Assembly (NCBI GenBank): GCA_040143965.1
Contig: JASJQH010000009.1
Location: forward strand, 1 to 58,363
DNA from: Basidiobolus ranarum
Lineage: Eukaryota
Reading direction: 5' to 3'
DNA length: 58,363 nt
The notes below the pieces were generated by a model. It had not been told where the DNA came from. It saw only the letters and a list, made by a program, of their open reading frames with translations, and searched no databases. Positions 38,401-50,800 of the stretch are shown one piece after another (within the stretch, counting starts at the first letter, position 1; each line of letters begins with the position of its first letter). The position numbers and the translations under genes were made by a program.

Positions 38401-39324
38401 GCTTCTCTTGGTTGAACTCTGACGAAGTGAGGATGAGGTAGTGGTGGATCTTTTAGCTTCAGAGAAGGGGGATGAGATGGACTCAATATTTTCCATTATT
38501 CTTCGAGCTTCAGATGGAGTAAAAGGGAATTGAGGTGTTCCGAAACGATCGCTCATCTCATTTGCGCTTGGCTCAACCGTCTTTCTTCTTTTAGTTTGTT
38601 GCTCGGACCCTGGAGAGCCAGGAGAAAGATTTCGAGAAAATGGACGTCTACCAACACTATTAAGACCCGCAACAGAGCTTCTATTTGGTGTACGAGTGGG
38701 AACTTGTACTCTTTGTTTAGCGAATCGAAATGGGCTTTTGCTAGTATAGAGATCATCAGAAACCATTGCCTGTTTCTTGGCCAAAGACTCCCTACCAACG
38801 CGACGAACGTACTCAATGATTTCAGCATCCCCTTGAGTTGAAGGTGGCTGAGAAGCTTCGACCATGGATACGTTAGAGTCACGAAGAGGGGTAAGTTTAG
38901 TTGAATCAAACGAAGGAACTCTTGGGTATAAGGACTCTCCGGAATTTTTGGTAGATACTTTTTTCCCTTTGTCCGAATCAATAACCAAATCTTTTCTACT
39001 GCGAATAGTATCACGGTTGACATCAATAGGATCATCGTGATGTTCCTGATTATCATTATCAACAGCATCCATGTTGCTTGATTGCTCCGAATCTGAATCT
39101 ACATTCTCTTCGTTCTCAGCGACGGGAGAAATGTGACTTTTCGTAGGTGAGTTTCGTAACCATTTTAAGCTCAGTATACTCTTGACAGAGTTAAGAAAAC
39201 CACCCTCTTCCTCAGGAGCGTTACGCTCAAGGTTTTTCTTAGTACGAGCATATGGCATATTTTGACGAAGTTTTTTTGAACGAAGTGGATGACGACTAGG
39301 TCCAGCTTCTGAATCTAAAATCAC
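35425..39324 (-). CDS. Nuclear basket FG nucleoporin, Nup1/Nup124/Nup153-like (large exon; small 5' exon(s) probably upstream)
   Basis: About 1300-aa ORF with many FxFG repeats and a C-terminal importin-binding tail GRKIARPKRRTR. Confidence 0.85.
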   Translation of the reverse strand: MILDSEAGPSRHPLRSKKLRQNMPYARTKKNLERNAPEEEGGFLNSVKSILSLKWLRNSPTKSHISPVAENEENVDSDSEQSSNMDAVDNDNQEHHDDPIDVNRDTIRSRKDLVIDSDKGKKVSTKNSGESLYPRVPSFDSTKLTPLRDSNVSMVEASQPPSTQGDAEIIEYVRRVGRESLAKKQAMVSDDLYTSKSPFRFAKQRVQVPTRTPNRSSVAGLNSVGRRPFSRNLSPGSPGSEQQTKRRKTVEPSANEMSDRFGTPQFPFTPSEARRIMENIESISSPFSEAKRSTTTSSSLRQSSTKRSILLEDDIAPPTKALSVPLSLPGLPYSKSRRAVSKAPSRLSEVSEFLSSVNEKKKKISQQLEAKKSIESDVSNTTDSNSTDELSANNATTVEDHSPSKTDFSFGSPVALSDIKAPSLPVEFKRTEVEKPVDESSHTLKKYSLKMKTFSTRQHGSSNRFSARDEDLDSGEEDETLKTIAPAPLLNTSGGFGFATPKTPSVTTTNFLGSATSDISTSANKTPQSESDKGSSILGNTEAFTSAISSAPSLGNTEVKSSTLSGFSFGSLSPSVTTESLTTDKSASVLTSPETPSNIPTQTKLAGFSFGNSISSTDVSTTEKSEVTNSGFSFSSPKKSEKPAGFSFGSSPIVSEDKSSTSELSNKDVSGSTKPSFGSLGGTSSETVTSSKPGFSFSSPAIEEIKTPTFAFGTSDKTEPKLTNNQLDTNATKDKNEHETKTPSFSFGAPSVSVPSKPVASESATPSNPTFTFGTPVANDKPLGFGSQVPASSTDDSTANKPEETQPKSTGFTFGAPSTTPSGPPEPKASGFTFGGASTSLTNKPVSDVPTFSFGTNDSTPTNTSEPKSGFSFGGVKAATGEEGSKIAGFTFGDSAASSNSTEPKPSGFSFNSTNTSDAKTTSFSFGAPASQSEESTLVASTNTPVDSKSTFTFGTPAASSSSSQPGFTFGTPTTQTAKPSSFSFGAPSSTVSETPKANEDKPAFGGFGTTDSKSSFTFGTSTAGTSTPAFGGFGASQPSTTVDSKPAPFAFGSANTQAQPSGFTFGAPATQATTFSTTTPSQATPAPFTFGTSNSNDAMSSTPPTGFGGFGANSSTPAATTPNPPAPFAFGSSNSSGPSTATGFSFGASTSQPPSMSFGGSNSGANTSSFAFGSTSTTGFGASSAQPQPQTTAFGANSNSNFSFGASQPAASQPSTFAFGSGNGQAGSAPGNGFNFNGTPSQPAPFAFGASTPAAQPSFGFNGTPASAAQPAAPGGFNMGSSTVPAGRKIARPKRRTR

Positions 39325-40301
39325 TTGGCCAGAAACCTCTGTGTGAAATCAACAAACAAGGGGAATAAGTATCCTGTGCGAGAACTGCTGGAAATACATA
39401 TTGCGAAGAGAATTAAACAAACCTTCATTGTCATCAGCAAACCCCTTACTTGTGTTCTTAAGTGTTGAAGGCATAAAAATAATAAACTATTTGAAAGAAA
39501 CGATAGAAATCCGCGTAAAAACACCGAAATATATGAGGATCTATGATATCTAAAACTCTCCGGGGATACCTGTATTAAAAATAAAGAAAGACAATGAGGT
39601 TATCGAAGAATAAGTAAAGCCGGAATAAGGCCTATTCAAAAGTGATGTCGCCTCTTGGTTGCCCTATATCTATTTTGGTTTCACCAAATATACAGAGCCT
39701 AATGTAAAGTAATCACATAATTTAGTACTTACCAAACTTTTTTTTTCATTAGATCTCCAAAAAAATTGAGTATTCAAGTACCCATTGGTTGTAAAACTCG
39801 AGTTGAGCGTATTTCTGTGTAATTAAATTAGTTTCAACTGTTTTTAATCAACGTAAAAAGGATAGGGTTAGGGTTCGATACGCGTTCTATCTACAATCGA
39901 TTTAACCACAATCTGGCCCACAATATGGCTTGACTTAGCAGCACATTACTTACTGATCTGACATTTATATATATAAGCAGAATTCAATCGTAGACAGGCT
40001 GGTTGAATGTATTTTATTACTTCCACACGCTCTCAAGAGGCAGTGTGGATGGTATATGCTATATATAAAAATAGTGTAGTGCTCAAGCTCGAAAATGGTG
40101 TCTGTAGAGTAAACCAGGTTTGTAGAAATGATACCCAAGAAATCGCAACAACATATGTATCATTATAGAGGCTTTCAAGAAAACACAGTCGAGTTTCAAA
40201 AATTGTCGCATTTACGACACACCAGGGGGTTCTTGAAAAGTGGGGGGATGGCCTGCCAATGAATAGAGAACAAAATTACACTGAATTAAATAAAGAGGGG
40301 G

Positions 40302-42514
40302 TTATTTTCCTAGCCTCAACTTGGAGGCAAAATCAGATGAGACATCCTCGTTGCTTTTCTTTTCCTTCTTGCCTAATCTTCTTCCAGAGAACCAACTGGG
40401 CTTCCTTTCATTCCTTTCACGCTCTTTTTTCTCTTCCTTTTCTTTTGGATCTTCTGATTTCTCTTCCGTTGGCTCCTGGTGTCTCCTAGGAGGAGGGCTT
40501 TGCAGGTGGAAATCTTCTATTCCATTTGCTAACTCCTGAGACCAAGAATTTTGCATAGCAGTCGGGCTATTTGACAAGCACGGGATTCCGAGAGTGCTGG
40601 CATCCAAATTTTGAGATTCATAGAATAATACATATCCAGATCCTGAGCCAGGTAGATTCCCAAAGTATTTGTATAAGTCACATTCTTCGATCGTCTAGTA
40701 GTATACAGGTTAGTATGTATCTAGCAGTGATCCTAAGATATATATCAATAATCTCTACCTCAACACTATCATCATCAAAAACGAGCCAATTTCCCATGCT
40801 CTTGATTAATGAGACGTAGTGACCGTGATGGGGCCCACTTCCGAGGTGGACTACCACTGCACATAGGGAGTACAATCTATCGGGATCTTGAGCTTTATCG
40901 CTCTAGAGATGCTGTCAGTTGCTTGTTCTTCGCCTTTAACAAAAAAATACAAGACTTTACCGTGTTGAATAATCTCAATTCTAATGGAAAGGCCACACGA
41001 TAAGATAGTTTCACAAATTTCCCAACATTCTCTTGATATTTGAAACGTTTCAAATGTAGTGCGAGGATATTAGGGAGTTTTTTGATTTTCATCCTATAGA
41101 ATGGTAAGAAGGGTGATTTAGACAAAAAGTAAATACATAGGAGTATTGATAAGGATAACCTACCTCTTCTCAGCTTCTTGTAAACTGCAGCAAATATCAC
41201 AGAAAAATTTGTTCTTGTGACAAAGCATTTCGCTAGCTGAAAATTGACGCAAGCAACTTGTGACCGAAGAATTTTCCTCAATATCGATTGAAAGATCCAA
41301 GAAGGACTCTTCACGATTGGTAACCTGTACAACAGTTAAACAGAATTAAACACCACCAACAAACAATGAGATACAATAATATTACCGTTTCACATGTCAG
41401 GCACTTGGTCTCGTTTGTTAACTCTCCTTCAAATAATTGATGTACCCAAGTTTTCTCCCCTGCTCCACTGCTGTTTGAGGATGAAAGTGAGGGCGTTTTG
41501 TCTAGAATATTCATATCTCAGCATACTACTCAAATGTCTCATTAATCAATGAGTATTTACCTGAATTTTGCGAACCATGATCCTCATGAAGACTAGCTTC
41601 GTTAGCGGCGTTTTTCTCATAAAGCTGAACATCTTCAGCAACCGTGTTGAGAATATAGTTTAAAAATTCGTGAGCATCCTGGTGCATAGTACTTCTATAA
41701 ATTTCTAGTAAACGAGTAAACGGATTAACAAAAAGTTTCGAGAGTGAATATTTCATGACCAATTACCATTTTCCTTTCTTAGCTTAGCAATAAACTGACT
41801 GGGAGCGAGAACACCGTTTCTTTTTCTTTGACTTTGAATTTTCCAAAACAGATCTTTCATAGCCGTAAAAATACACTCCTCCATGCCTGGAACACAACTC
41901 GCAATATCATCAGCTCCTGGAGTCGGAGGTATGGGTACCATGTTACTAAAGCCGCTTACACCAGGAGTTGGTACCGTCTCGTTTTTTACCTTTTCTTTGT
42001 TCCCAGAGGAGCCATTAAGGGTGTGTGCTAGGTCCTTAAAGCTGTGACGCTTTACGGCGCCAGAGGGAGGTACACTCAAAGTTGGCGGCGTAGATTCATG
42101 TGGTGTAGGCGGCATAGGTGTTGGGGGGATTCCCATAGGTCCGTTAGGATAATTCAGCACGCATTCTCTGAAAGGCCGACAAAAATAGAGAGCTTGAAGC
42201 ACAGCATTTAAATAACTTTCGAAAGATTGTTAGATAATGCTATGCGCAACTAATGAGAGTGAGGTTACGTACCATGTATTACCAAACTGTTAAAGAATAA
42301 GAATTAGATGATTAGTAACGTCATAGATCCAGTCATTATTAAACACTTTTACTTACATTTTCGAAACCAAAGTAACGTTCGGAGCAAGCAGGTCCGTATT
42401 CTGATGAAGAAATCTTGGATTGACCCTAAATTTGAATTAATATTTTAATAGAGATAATTTTACTGTACGTCTTATATTAAGCTCTACCATTCCCATCCAT
42501 TTTAAAAGTGACAT
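40302..42514 (-). CDS. Ubiquitin-specific protease, USP12/46 (CreB/Ubp9/13)-like
   Basis: [68 protein letters not shown]. Confidence 0.9.
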
Positions 42515-43715
42515 TAGAAGAATTCAATAATATATGTGGAAGGAGTGCAGTTCGAGTCAACGAAGTAGAAATAATAGTTTGTAGTATTAATATAATTGGA
42601 AAATGGTGTACCAGGGGATAAATACGTAAATGACTGCTTAAGTAAATAAATGATTTAATTATGGAGAAAAGACTTCCAAGATTCGATGATTAGTAAGGGA
42701 GATTGAGATCAAAAGAACACGAACACTGCTTCTCGAAAATCTCGCGATATATAAACTCCAATCCCAGGGTATAATATGGCGAGAGCAGTTTATAGAAAAG
42801 ACTCGAATCAAAATTGATCCAATTAAATGTGTCCGAGAAGCCCGGAAAAACCTACCCACATTTCTAGCCTTCTCACTCATCTATATCAGAATAATGGATG
42901 TGCCTCCTGACAAGTTTTAGGATTGCCTTCGGTTCACCACAACCAAAAACGGAGCCACATATTCCAGAATACATGAGCCACCAAATCTTACAACCAAAAC
43001 GGATCACAATTTCCAACTATGTTCCAAAGGAGATACAAGAATAACTCGTCAAACAAAACATATTGGGATGTTCCCATGGGGCTACGAAGCTGACCTGGCA
43101 TATGAGCTTGATTGGCTTACGAAAGGGGATTAGATTCATATAATAATTGAGTGTATGTGCATACAGTTCTTGAATATTCAATAAATACGTGAGAAACGCA
43201 ATGGAATGGCCTATTTATCCTTAATCGTTGATGTGTACTAATTCCCAATCCTGTATGTATTCGACATAAAACTTTACATTAATTCGATTGAACCAGATTA
43301 AATTAATCCGAGACCACTGATGTAAGTATTCTATTACTGTTTTTTTTGAATGATCGGTACCCCTATTCACAATTCACAGAAACCTAGGTACTAATCTCGA
43401 TTCTAAGTAGTTAAAGTCATAAGTATTGATGTTACTTACTTTAAATCGATTGGTAAAGAAAAAAAAATGGAACAGACTCACAACCCTATTCTTTCTCTCC
43501 TCACTGCCTCAGAAGAGTTTCTTAAACTCACTAAGGGGCACATATATACCCAAAACACGTCCAGCTAGAATATATTTTCATCTTTCTTTTGCTGAGCATT
43601 GCAATCTATATCTTTTCCTCTTTGCTTTAGTACTTCATCTCCATATACGAGTCCGGATATCAAATTCTTTTGTTCAATTTCAAAACATATCTAAAAAATC
43701 AAATAATCTTCATAT

Positions 43716-45349
43716 ATGGCAACCGCAATGACGGCTCCCGTAACATCGTTAGACCACAATGATAAGCCCTTAGGTAATGTGAAGGTAGAACTTGACTCAC
43801 TTCGCGAAGAAGAGGAGGAAGAAAATAACTGCGAGTCGATTAAACCTGATGGCATCGAGTCTTCTGAACCCAAGACAAAAATTATTGAAGACAACCAACT
43901 AGATGAAAAAGAAAAACCAAAATTTTCTTTAAAGGACTTCGATCTACTTCAGACCTTAGGTATGCTTTTTAATAGTAAAGATGTTTTATTTCCAAATGAG
44001 TATATAGTTTATACATTTGAAACAAAAAATGTATGATTTTGTTCAAATTGTCATTACTGTTACCCTTTGCTTTGCTCTATTTTTTTTTCACTATTGCATT
44101 GTTTGTCATTTTTATTCTAAATTGTACTTTGATTCTAGGCACAGGAACTTTTGGCAGAGTATATCTGACAAGACATATCGGAACCGAGAATTACTACGCT
44201 ATGAAAGTTTTGAAGAAAGAGGTTGTAGTTCGACTTAAACAAATCGAACACATAAATTCAGAAAAGCAGATCTTATCGCAGATACATTTTCCCTTCATTG
44301 TTAACTTGTAAGTTGCTTATACACTGTATTTATGTGTAAATATTATTCTGCGCTGAATATATTAGTCTGAATGTATTTGTATTCTTTTCCAAACGTTAAT
44401 TTATATATATATATATAGATTTTGTTCTTTTCAAGACGACAACAACCTTTATATGCTGTTAGAATATGTTATTGGAGGGGAAGTATTCTCTCACCTTCGC
44501 AGAGCTGGCCGCTTTACCAATGATATGACTAGATTCTATGCTGCCGAGATTGTTCTTGCGATTGAGTACTTACATTCTAAAGACATCATATATCGTGATC
44601 TCAAGCCTGAAAATCTACTGCTTGATGATCGTGGTCATATCAAGATTACGGATTTTGGATTTGCTAAAGTGGTGGAAGATAGAACTTGGACATTATGCGG
44701 AACACCCGAGTATCTTGCACCCGAGATTATACAAAGTAAAGGCCATGGAAAATCTGTAGATTGGTGGGCTCTCGGTATCTTAATTTTCGAGATGCTTGCT
44801 GGGTAAGCTTCAGATGGCGCTCCTTGCTTGAGTAGTATATGATTCTAAAATATTTCCTATCATTATAGCTATCCACCATTTTTTGATGATAGTCCATTTG
44901 GGATTTATGAGAAAATTCTAGAGGGTAGATTGATGTTCCCTTCCCATTTTGATCCTGCTGCTAGAGATTTGATCAAGAAGCTACTTACCAATGACCGTAC
45001 CAAAAGACTCGGTAACCTTAAGGTAAACTTATAACAGCCATGCATATACCTCACGATTAGCTACTTAACTAGTTCCTTCTTGTAGGATGGGCCAGAAGAT
45101 GTCAAAAAACACAAATGGTTCCGTGGAATCGATTGGCAAATCGTTTTGGAGCGGAAGGTGCCGGTAAGGACTTTTCTTCATTACACTCATTAGTAGCTTT
45201 CACCTAACGCCATTTCGTCATTGAAGGCACCAATCGTTCCCATGTTCCGTCATCCTGGAGACACTGCGAATTTTGACCGGTACCCCGAAGAAGTTCCTGA
45301 TCAAACCGAGTCGGAAGATCCATACAAGCACTTTTTCGAATATTTTTAA
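43716..45349 (+). CDS. cAMP-dependent protein kinase catalytic subunit
   Basis: [50 protein letters not shown]...[10 protein letters not shown]. Confidence 0.93.
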
Positions 45350-45785
45350 TGGAATATTCTCATTAATGTTCACCTTAGTCTTATTTATTGATTTTAATTT
45401 ACATATCATCTTTTACTCTATACACTTCATTTTGCCCCAAGCAGTCATATTTTTCACTTTGTCAACATCACTTTAAACCGCCCAAAACTCTCATCTTTAT
45501 CGAAGTAGCTATCAATATAGTACTTCCATTCATACAATTTTTTAATCCTTCGTCACAGTCACTCGGATTTATTGGTTGCAGCCCAGACCAACATGCCCAT
45601 CAGTGTTCGTGACCTTGCGAACATAACCTTATGGATCTTCGCATGTGTTGAGGATGTACACGAGATCTGATCTGCAAAGTATGGGTGTATACATTCCGAT
45701 TCTAGTTGTATACTGACAGTTGATATCTTCAAAATAATCATGACTATAGATGAAGGGTGTCAATAAATCACTGGATTCTACCATA

Positions 45786-45861
45786 AAATCCTTGGTGACT
45801 TTGTACCATTACAGGTTATATTTAAATCCTTGGTGACTTTGTACCATTACAGGTTATATTT
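45786..45861 (+). repeat. Perfect 38-nt direct tandem duplication
   Basis: AAATCCTTGGTGACTTTGTACCATTACAGGTTATATTT x2 (45786, 45824). Confidence 0.95.
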
Positions 45862-46045
45862 AAAAGATTCCTTCGATGTTTCATGGGACAGTTGTAAAGT
45901 GTGGCTGACCTCGAGATTGTCTAAGAACATATGACCTCTCTACAAGGTACAACACAAATCTATGATTTATTGGCGGCTACACTTTGCCACTCGGTAAATG
46001 ACCTTTCAATTGATGATCTTTCATATATTACAAATTTGAGAACAT

Positions 46046-47172
46046 TTAATGTTGTACTTTATCGACAACCAAGTCGGTTATCTGGTTGAAGATAGAACAC
46101 AAGCTAGATGATGGATATTTCTCAAATAGAGTATTCTTTCTGCCCTGAGATATCTCCTGGTTGGCTTCCTCAATCATAGTTGTAAGAGTGGGATCAATCG
46201 GAACTCGGCCTGTAAAGCACAGTTAGTAATTTCATCATTATTGTACTTACCGAAACCGTAATAAACATACCCAAGAAGTCGACATTAAATTCTTTGGCCA
46301 TATCTTCACCACCACCGGAGGAGAATACATTAGAGCATTCCTAAAAGTAAATGTTAGAAATTACTCTACCTATCATTGCTATTCAAAAATGTACTAACTG
46401 TGCAATGGGGGCATACAAAGCCGCTCATGTTCTCTACAACTCCCAGAATTGGAATATTGACCTTCTTACAAAAGTTCAATTCTTTGCGGACATCCGATAG
46501 AGCAACACCCTGAAAGTACTTATATTAGGGGTGGATATTTCTGGAAACAAAAGGCAAATCGCTGCTTACTTGTGGTGTTGTGACAATTACGGCGCCATCA
46601 GGGTTAAACTGCTTCAAATTCTCAACAATTGAGATGTGTTCATCTGAAGTACCCGGAGGGGTATCGATAATAAGGTAATCAAGCTCTCCCCAGCATACGT
46701 CTGAAAGAAATTGCTTGATCATGGCTAAGAAAAAACGTTAAAATAGTTGAGCAGAATGCAAAAGAAAATATCTGAAGGAAACCTGTTTTCTTGGGTCCTC
46801 TCCATACAACGGCATCGTCACGATTTTGTAACAAAAAGGCTATGCTCATGCAAGACAGTTTTTGACTCTCATCAGCAAATACAGGAACCCAACTAAACCA
46901 AAATAGATTAACAACCGAACCATATATCCAGCGCAAATATCAGAGAAAAATTACCCTCCAGAAGCCTGGTGAACTTGTCTTCCTTCTAAACCGAGCATTC
47001 GTGGAATACTGGGACCGCAAAGATCAATATCTAAAACGCCCACCTTGTTGCCTTTGTTTATTAGAGATAAGGCAAGTTGCATAGTGACCGAGGATTTCCC
47101 AACACCCCCTTTTCCGGAAAGAACAAGTATAATATGTTTGATTTTTGAAAGACGCTCAGTGATCGGATCCAT
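46046..47172 (-). CDS. CFD1: Cytosolic Fe-S assembly factor Cfd1/NUBP2
   Basis: [56 protein letters not shown]; lacks the Nbp35 N-terminal Cys cluster. Confidence 0.92.
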
Positions 47173-47838
47173 TTCTAAAGCTTAAAGAGGAGCCTCTACA
47201 GACTTGTTCAATATATATACTTGAAAAGGTCAGGATGACAAATCGTCAGACAAATTGGACCGTGGTCGGATTATTAATCATCTTTAGAATAGATAATATT
47301 GCAGCTAATATTGAAGCGAATATTGATGGCAAAAAAAAAGGATTTGAATTTGGCAGAAATTCATTGTCTTGTTAAACCAGTCACGATAGATGCACATTTT
47401 ATACAATTGCGATATTTTCCTGGAACGCCATACTGAATCATGGTAGAAAAACTAAGGCCGATTGAAGCATCTAGCTCACTGTCTCATCAACCCGCTCGTC
47501 TCCACATACGCAACCTCTTGATACTAGCCTCCCCTTTTTAGAATCTAACATTTATCTTGACAAGTTCTCTCGGAATTGTTTCAATTACTCTAGTTCGAAT
47601 TGTGACTAGTCTTAGCTCAGTTAACATAATTCTAATCGGAGTATTGACATCATAGACTGACCAACCAAACGTCTAGAAATTAATCGAGTTGTAGTTAATA
47701 CCCTGACTGCCTGAAAATTCCCCTCTGCTATTTTTTTTCTCTCTAACACGTTGTTACTTGCTGTTTACCTGGCTCTTTATCCTTTTTATCTAGTCATTTG
47801 CAGCATTGAGAGTACGGTGAGCATACTATCTTCTCGTA

Positions 47839-50800
47839 ATGTCGGGCTCTTCTAAAGACGAAAAGCCTCAATGGAATTCTACTGGAAATAGTCAGTTACC
47901 TCCCTTTTCGTAAGTATATTTTACCCTTTTTGACTTCACGAAATATATTCTCTGTCACCTTTGATATGACGACTAGCTAGGGTGACTTGTAGTATTCTTA
48001 TGGTTGAAATATTTCGTTTTCATTTCAAACGCGTTTTATTCGCGGCCGCTTTCGCAAATAAACGCGCAAGAGATGTTTACGTTTACATTTTCAATTATCC
48101 AGACCCTATTCTGAAATAGTACCATTTTATTAAACTCGGTTATATTTGTTATTTAGATCAGGTTCACATCCAGGGCAGCAACCACAGCAGCAACCTGGTG
48201 GACTTCCTCACTATCTTCCACCTCCCAATCCCTCACACCCTCAGCAAACTTCACCCATGTCTGTTTCTAATATGGCTCCACCTCAACCAATAGCTCCATC
48301 CCCTGTTTCTATGCCACATTCTGGCCATAGTGGTACAATGGGTAATAATATGGGCCCTAATCATATGGAGCATCAGCGACCTCCCCCTCCTGTTCAGAGC
48401 CCCCCACAAAGTGGAAACAGATCAAGAGCTCCTTCAGCTCAACCACCGAGCCAACCTGGCTCTGCAGAATACCGTCCTTTAAACGTTAGAGATGCCCTAT
48501 CGTATTTGGATCAAGTCAAGATTCAATTTCACGATCAGCCAGATGTATACAATCGATTCTTAGATATAATGAAAGATTTTAAGAGTCAAGCGTAAGTTGT
48601 CTTTTTAAATACATATCTATGAGCTTATACTTACTTGTAAATATCTGATTGTGGGCGACTCTTATAGTATTGACACTCCAGGAGTTATTGATAGAGTATC
48701 AAACCTTTTTCGAGGTCATCCTAGTCTTATCTCTGGGTTCAATACTTTTCTACCTCCTGGATATAGGATTGAAATTTCGCCAAATGCTCACGACCCTCAC
48801 AATGTACGCGTAACGACACCAAATGGCACCATCAACTCATCAGGTATGCCAGAACCTAATCCAAGTTCTCATCCTCCTCCACCTCCTGCTTCAAGCGCTA
48901 GTTCTAGTATGCCACCGGCAACTGGTCCTCATTATTATCCACCTCCGGCAGTTGGAACCTTTTCTCATGGCGGCCCTCCACCTCCGCAACCGATGCCGTC
49001 AGGTCCTCACCCTCCTACCGGAGGTCAGATTCCACCTCCACAACCTGTTGGTGGGTACCACGTTCCACCAATGACTTCGCATATGTCACATGGTTCAGGC
49101 CCACCCCAAGGGCAAGGACCAACTGCCGGACCTCCTTTGTCCAACGGCCCTATTTCAAACATTGGTTTACAGGGACAAACAGCTATAGGGGCTCGCAGAC
49201 CTCCAGTCGAGTTTAATCATGCTATCAACTACGTTAATAAGATTAAGGTAAGTAGAGTCCCTTAATTGTTATTCTGAATATATATTGAAAAGTTTCGAAA
49301 TATAGAATCGCTTCTCATCTGAACCAGAAACATATAAACAATTTTTGGAGATTCTTCAAACTTATCAGAAGGAACAGAAGCCTATTCAAGAGGTATATTT
49401 CCATTCGAAAATAAGATGAAAATTCGAAAAATATTGATCTTTTTAATTCAAGGTGTATGCACAAGTTCAAGTTCTTTTCCGTAATGCTACTGATTTGTTG
49501 GGTGAATTCAAACAATTCCTTCCCGATAATAGCTCAAATAACCAGGGTGGTCCTTCCTCAATTCTCCCTATGCCCGGAAATCCCTTAGTAATGCCTGTCC
49601 AAAGTGCTGCATCAATTCCTCTTTCGCAGCAACAGGGTGTGGCTCAACAATCTCAGCGAATGATGCCTATCATGCCGCCCTCAATTCAAGGTACTTGCCA
49701 ATATATTGAACATGGTTCATTCCTCAAATTAAAACTTCTTCCTTTTAGCTATGGGACCTGGACCACGCTTACCTCCTGTTGGGAACTTTGGCCCATCTAA
49801 TCCGGTTCCTACAGCACCTGAGTCATTTCCGCAGCAATCTTCTGTATCCACTATGTCTCCACCACCTTCTGCTAGCCCTGTGGCTCCTCCTGCTGCTCAT
49901 CCTATTCCACCAACAGCGAGCCCAACTCACGCGACAGTTCCCATACCCAATAAAAAAAGAAAGGGGATCAATGCGGCAAATGAAAAGGCCAGCAATACAA
50001 GCGGTACTGCAAAACCTAAACGTGCCAAGCACATCACCCAAAAGATGAATATGGAATCATCACCAGGGCCTGTTAACGTTACCACTTCCTCCTTATCTGC
50101 TACTCTACCTCCACAAATGTCTAACAAACCCCCCGCCTCGTCTGAAGAGTTAAATTTCTTCGATCGCGTCAAAAAATACCTATCGAACAAGCAAACTTAC
50201 AATGAGTTCCTCAAGGTCTTAAACTTGTTTAGTCAAGAAATATTGGATCAAGCTATGCTAGTACAGAGAATCGAATCTTACATAGGCGGTAGTAAGGAAC
50301 TCTTCGAGTGGTTTAAATCGTTTGTTGGTTATGAGCCCAAGAATGAGCATATTGTCGAGAATCTACCTGCGCCAAGACCGAGAGTAGATCTTTTACGATG
50401 CAAAGGGCATGGACCTAGCTACCGTTTGTTACCAAAAGCTGTAAGTGGTTTTCAATCTGATCTATACATAACGGCTCTTGGTTTGACTGAACCCTAAACT
50501 TTTCCATTTTTCAGGATACTAAGGTTAAATGCTCTGGTAGAGATCTCTTATGCGAGGAAGTTTTGAATAATGAATGGGTTTCCCATCCTACTTGGGCAAG
50601 TGAAGAATCCGGATTTGTAGCACATAAGAAGAATCAATACGAAGAACAACTACACAAGTGCGAGGAAGAGAGATATGAATACGATCTCAATATAGAAGCT
50701 AACCTCAGTACTATCGCACTATTAGAACCAATTGCTAGGAAAATCCAAAATATGACTCCGGATGAGAGAACCAAGTACAAACTTCCACCAGGTCTCGGAG

